Below are positions 59,874-64,000 of a stretch of DNA of 64,000 bases, piece after piece. The position numbers were made by a program, and so were the translations under genes. How positions within the stretch are numbered: position 1 is the first letter of the stretch; every line of letters starts with the position of its first letter. Source of the DNA: Candidatus Latescibacterota bacterium (GTDB lineage: Bacteria > Latescibacterota > UBA2968 > UBA8231); assembly GCA_964291625.2 (NCBI GenBank), contig OZ220089.1:2016001-2080000 (forward strand), read 5' to 3'. The notes under the pieces are model-generated. The model did no database searches. It had not been told where the DNA came from and worked only from the letters and a program-made list of their open reading frames with translations.

Positions 59874-60590
59874 GTGTCACGCCAGGACTGGTTCGATACC
59901 CTCCACGACGACCTGTGGCTGCGCCCGGACGAGGGCGGGGAGGCGGAGGCGGAGGCCCTCCGCCGCATGCTGCGGATCCGCAAGGGGCAGCGCCTCCTGG
60001 ATGCTCCCTGCGGCGCCGGACGCGTCGCCCTTCCCCTGGCGCGGCACGGGGTGCAGGTCGTCGGCCTCGACCTGCGGCGGGCCTTCGTGGACCGCGCCCG
60101 GCGGCGCGCCAGGAAGGAGGGCGTGCAGGCCGATCTCCGGTGCATGGACCTGCGCTCCATCGACTTCGAGAACGAGTTCCACGCCGTGTGCAACTGGTTC
60201 AACAGCTTCGGATACTTCTCCGATGCCGAGAACGCCGACGTGGCGAGGCGGTTCGCCCGCGCCCTGCGCCCGGGGGGACGGCTCCTGGTCGACCAGCTGA
60301 ACCGCGAGAGGATCCTGCGCAACTTCCGGCCTGCGGACCTCAAGCACGGCGTGCGCATGCTGTCCCGGTGGGACGCGCGGGCAGAGCGCATCACAGTGCA
60401 GCGCGTGATCGCCGGGATCCCGAACGACGAGAGCCGATCCTCCCAGCGCCTCTACACGCCGGCGCAGATGCGCCGCCTCCTCGCCGTTGCCGGGCTGGAG
60501 GTGGAATCTGTCTTCGGCTCGCTGAACGGCGAGCCCTGCCACCGAGGCAGCGACCGCATGATCGTCGTCGCCAGAAAGGCCCCGTCATGA
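59874..60590 (+). CDS. Class I SAM-dependent methyltransferase
   Basis: LLDAPCGAGR, GLDL, DLR, FNSFGYF, LRPGG; the start may instead be ATG 59847. Confidence 0.88.
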   Translation: MSRQDWFDTLHDDLWLRPDEGGEAEAEALRRMLRIRKGQRLLDAPCGAGRVALPLARHGVQVVGLDLRRAFVDRARRRARKEGVQADLRCMDLRSIDFENEFHAVCNWFNSFGYFSDAENADVARRFARALRPGGRLLVDQLNRERILRNFRPADLKHGVRMLSRWDARAERITVQRVIAGIPNDESRSSQRLYTPAQMRRLLAVAGLEVESVFGSLNGEPCHRGSDRMIVVARKAPS

Positions 60591-61357
60591 CTGACACCCG
60601 CGACACCGGCGCCGCCGCGGAGACCCACCTGCGGCAGTACCGCGAGGACGGCTACTGCCTGATCGAGGGCCTGATCCCCGCCGATCTGGTCGAGGCCGCG
60701 CGCCAACGGACCATGGAGCTGGCCCGGGGCCTGGCCGACTGGCCGTCACGGCACTTCCAGGTGCTCGACCCGGGACGCTACAAGTCGGCCGGGGGAGATC
60801 CGCTCCCGGGCGGCATCCAGCAGCCGGCCGGGCAGGAGGCCGTCTTCGCCCGCATCGCCGACCACCCGCGCCTGGCAGCGGCCATGGCGGCCCTGCTGGA
60901 CGGGCCGGTGGAGCGCTACACCGATCAGATCGGCGTCAAGCACGCCGCCGTCGCCGAGGAGCAGGGGGGCCGCAGCTACTTCCACCAGGACTCGTTCTAC
61001 TGGAAGATCGCCCCCGAGCTGGGCTGCAACTGCTGGATCCCCCTGACGGAGGTCGCCGCGGAGGCCAGCGCCCTGGCGGTGATGCCCGCCAGCCACCGGG
61101 GCTGGCGCCTCGTCGACCACGAGTCCTACTACGACGATCCACCGATGGGCCGCATGGACGACGACGGGTTCAAGCCCTTCAAGCGCCACCGGGTGCCTCC
61201 GGAGCAGGTCGATTCCTGCCGGGAGAAGCTGGTCGCCACGCGGCCGGGCGACGGCCTGTTCTTCACCAACTACACCTGGCACCGCAGCGAGCCCAACCGC
61301 AGCGGCCGGACCCGGGCCTTCTACGCCATTGCCTACCAGCGCCGCACCCGGGGTTGA
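60587..61357 (+). CDS. PhyH-family Fe(II)/2OG dioxygenase
   Basis: DGY, FHQD, CWIPL, PASH, PGD..FF...WHRS..N. Confidence 0.87.
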   Translation: MTDTRDTGAAAETHLRQYREDGYCLIEGLIPADLVEAARQRTMELARGLADWPSRHFQVLDPGRYKSAGGDPLPGGIQQPAGQEAVFARIADHPRLAAAMAALLDGPVERYTDQIGVKHAAVAEEQGGRSYFHQDSFYWKIAPELGCNCWIPLTEVAAEASALAVMPASHRGWRLVDHESYYDDPPMGRMDDDGFKPFKRHRVPPEQVDSCREKLVATRPGDGLFFTNYTWHRSEPNRSGRTRAFYAIAYQRRTRG

Positions 61358-62837
61358 CCGGGACTCCCCGATCCTCCTCACCGGCGCCACGGGCTACATC
61401 GGCGGCCGGCTGTTGCGGGCGCTGGAAGAGGCGGGGCATCGCGTCCGCTGCCTGACCCGGCGTCCCGAGGCCCTGCGGGACCGCGCCGCGGCGGCCACGG
61501 AGATCGTCGAGGGCGACGTCCTCGACCGGGAGAGCCTGAAGGGGCGGATGGACGGCGTTCGGGCCGCCTTCTACATGGTCCACTCCATGGGGTCGAGGGG
61601 CGACTTCGTGGAGCAGGACCGCCGGGGCGCCCGCAACTTCGGCGAAGAGGCGAGCCTCGCCGGGGTCAAGCGCATCATCTACCTCGGCGGTCTCGGCGAA
61701 GGGAGCGAGGAGCTCTCCCCCCATCTGAGGAGCCGCCTCGAGGTCGCCGAGGTTCTCCGGGAGTCGAGCGTGCAGGTCCTGGAGTTCCGCGCCTCCATCG
61801 TCATCGGCTCGGGCAGCCTCTCCTTCGAGATGATCCGGTCCCTCGTGGAGCGGCTCCCCCTCATGGTGACCCCGAAGTGGGTGGATGTCACCGCCCAGCC
61901 GATAGCGATCGAGGACCTGCTGCAGTACCTCTCCGCCGCCTTGGACCTGGAGGCTTCAGGGCACCAGATCTTCGAGGTCGGAGGCCCGGAGCCCGTCTCC
62001 TACGGCGATCTGATGCGGGAGTACGCGCGTCAGCGCCGGCTCCGGCGCCTGATGGTTCCCGTCCCCTTCCTGACCCCGGGCCTCTCCAGCCTCTGGCTCG
62101 GCCTGGTGACCCCCGTCTTCGCAAGGGTCGGGCGCAAGCTCATCGACAGCATCCGCCACCCCACCGTCGTCCGCGGCGACGGGGCCCGGAGAGCCTTCCC
62201 CCAGATCCGGCCGCAGGGCGTCCGCGAGGCCATCGAGAGTGCCCTGCGCAACGAAGACCGGCACTTCGCGGAGACCCGCTGGTCCGATTCCCTGGCCTCC
62301 GGCGGGGAGGTGCGGGACTGGGGCGGCGTGCGCTTCGGCAACCGGCTGGTCGATTCCCGCACCGTGCGGGTGGACGGCCCGCCGGCCGCGGCCTTCAGGC
62401 CCATCCGGCGGATCGGCGGAAGCACGGGGTGGTACTACGGCACCTGGCTGTGGAACCTGCGCGGCCTCCTGGACCTGGCCGCTGGCGGCGTCGGCATGCG
62501 CCGGGGCCGGCGCCACCCCGATACCCTCGCGGCCGGCGATGTCGTCGATTGCTGGCGAGTCGAGCTCCTCGAGCCGGACCGCCGCCTGCGGCTGCTGGCG
62601 GAGATGAAGCTGCCCGGCCGCGCCTGGCTGGAGTTCCTGGTCGAGGGGGACGAGGGGACCTCGATCATTCGCCAGACCGCGATCTTCGATCCCGCGGGGC
62701 TCCTCGGGCTGGCCTACTGGCACGCCGTCTGGCCCCTGCACCGCCTTATCTTCGCGGGCATGCTCAAGGGGATTGCCGATGCGTGCCCCAGGCCCGAGGC
62801 GGATCGAAGCCCCGAGGCCCCGGACCGCGGAGTCTGA
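61329..62837 (+). CDS. Atypical SDR with a C-terminal DUF2867-like domain (YbjT-like)
   Basis: LTGATGYIG, YMVHSM, IYLGGL, SIVIGSGS.SFEM, AEMKLPGRAWL; start codon uncertain. Confidence 0.85.
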   Translation: MPTSAAPGVDRDSPILLTGATGYIGGRLLRALEEAGHRVRCLTRRPEALRDRAAAATEIVEGDVLDRESLKGRMDGVRAAFYMVHSMGSRGDFVEQDRRGARNFGEEASLAGVKRIIYLGGLGEGSEELSPHLRSRLEVAEVLRESSVQVLEFRASIVIGSGSLSFEMIRSLVERLPLMVTPKWVDVTAQPIAIEDLLQYLSAALDLEASGHQIFEVGGPEPVSYGDLMREYARQRRLRRLMVPVPFLTPGLSSLWLGLVTPVFARVGRKLIDSIRHPTVVRGDGARRAFPQIRPQGVREAIESALRNEDRHFAETRWSDSLASGGEVRDWGGVRFGNRLVDSRTVRVDGPPAAAFRPIRRIGGSTGWYYGTWLWNLRGLLDLAAGGVGMRRGRRHPDTLAAGDVVDCWRVELLEPDRRLRLLAEMKLPGRAWLEFLVEGDEGTSIIRQTAIFDPAGLLGLAYWHAVWPLHRLIFAGMLKGIADACPRPEADRSPEAPDRGV

Positions 62838-62870
62838 CCCCCCTGTCACCCGGAATCGAAGAGATCCCTC

Positions 62871-63740
62871 ATGCCGAAACCCGTGAATCACCGCCCCGTC
62901 GAGAAGTGGGCGGACGTGCGCTCCCTGAGAATGCGGTACCTCGACTGGGGAGGCCACGGCGATCCCGTGCTCGCCCTGCACGGGCTGGCCTCCTCGGCCC
63001 ACTGGTACGACCTCCTGGCTCCCGAGCTGCGCGAGCGCTTCCGGATCGTCGCGCCGGACCAGCGCGGCCACGGGCGCACGACCCAGGCCCCGGACGGCTA
63101 CGACGGTCCCTCGATCGCCGCCGACGCCGTGGGACTATTGGACGCGCTGGGCATCGAGCGGGCCATCCTCTTCGGGCACTCGTGGGGCGGCAACGTGGCC
63201 GCCGCCGCGGCGGACCACTTCCCCGAGCGAGTGCGGGCGCTGGTCCTGATCGACGGCGGATTCATCGATCCGAAGATGATGCCCGGCGCCACCTGGGAGG
63301 AGTTCCGCCCCAGGTTCCGACCGCGAGACGTGTCCGGGACCCGGGCCGAGTTCCTTGCCCGCATCAGCGGCCAGCTCGCCGTCTGCTGGAACCGCGAGGT
63401 CGAGCGCATCGTGCAGACCATGGTCTACGACCGCGACGGACTGACGTACGACATCCTGGAGCCCGAGAACCATGCCCAGATCATCCGTGCCATCTGGGAC
63501 GACCCCGTCACCGACGCCTGGCCGCGCCTGGGCTGCCCGACCCTGGTGGTGCCCGCCCGCCCCCCGGCGAAGGAGACCCCCACCGAGTGGGACCTCATGC
63601 GCGAGCGCATGATGGACCTGGCGGCGCGGACCATCCCCAAGGGCCGCGTCCACTGGATCCCCGACACGATCCACGACGTCGGCTGGCACAAGCCGCGGGA
63701 ACTGGCCGGTGTCATCGTCGACTTCCTCGAGGCGGTCTGA
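62871..63740 (+). CDS. Alpha/beta hydrolase
   Basis: LHG, DQRGHG, GHSWGG nucleophile elbow, C-terminal His (IHDV). Confidence 0.9.
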   Translation: MPKPVNHRPVEKWADVRSLRMRYLDWGGHGDPVLALHGLASSAHWYDLLAPELRERFRIVAPDQRGHGRTTQAPDGYDGPSIAADAVGLLDALGIERAILFGHSWGGNVAAAAADHFPERVRALVLIDGGFIDPKMMPGATWEEFRPRFRPRDVSGTRAEFLARISGQLAVCWNREVERIVQTMVYDRDGLTYDILEPENHAQIIRAIWDDPVTDAWPRLGCPTLVVPARPPAKETPTEWDLMRERMMDLAARTIPKGRVHWIPDTIHDVGWHKPRELAGVIVDFLEAV

Positions 63741-63761
63741 GCGGCGCTGGAGTCACGGAGA

Positions 63762-64000
63762 GTGCGGAGGGTCTCCATCATCGGCTGCTCCGGCTCGGGC
63801 AAGTCCCGGCTGGCCGTCGAGCTGGGACCGGTGCTGGGCCTGCCGGTGATCCACATGGACGCCGTCCACTGGCACCCCGGATGGCAGAGGCCGCCGACGG
63901 AGGAGTGGCGGCGCCGGCATGGGGAGCTCCTTGGGCCCGAAGCCTGGATCCTCGACGGCAACTACGGCGGCACCATGGAGGAGCGCATCTCCGCCAGCGA
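63762..64000 (+). CDS. P-loop kinase, FlaR/topology modulation protein-like (partial)
   Basis: Hand translation gives VRRVSIIGCSGSGKS...HMDAVHWHPGW...WILDGNY; runs off the window. Confidence 0.8.
   Translation, partial: MRRVSIIGCSGSGKSRLAVELGPVLGLPVIHMDAVHWHPGWQRPPTEEWRRRHGELLGPEAWILDGNYGGTMEERISAS

Overview
High-GC (roughly 70%) chromosomal window from a diderm bacterium. The TonB-dependent receptor, RND/OMF pump, fused SecDF and PhyH dioxygenases suggest an FCB-type lineage such as Latescibacterota or Gemmatimonadota; this is inference only. Most of the window is housekeeping and metabolic genes: ileS, yggT, yggS, secDF, apbE, polyprenyl synthase, glcDE, D-cysteine desulfhydrase-like, map, dnaE, uxs, an RND tripartite pump, a xanthine-dehydrogenase-family operon, dut, rfbB, ugd, tatD, argC, modABC and murD. 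I found no rRNA, tRNA, CRISPR array or transposase. The strongest candidate for an undescribed system lies at 48.9-58.5 kb. A sigma70 promoter drives an approximately 410-nt, densely hairpinned, apparently non-coding RNA that ends in a strong intrinsic terminator. It is followed by a 60-aa HTH-like protein, two exporter-fold ABC proteins with an extra N-terminal PH-like plus Cys4 domain, a DUF1854-like protein, an RraA-family enzyme and a TonB-dependent receptor. A second ABC + DUF1854 module sits at 13.6-16.4 kb. Other oddities are an RluA homologue lacking the catalytic Asp, a frameshifted TlpA thioredoxin, a MoaD-like protein with a masked di-Gly, a lectin/kinase/DUF5069/reductase cluster, and a lower-GC T5orf172-like gene. 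All family calls come from motif recognition by eye; no searches were run.
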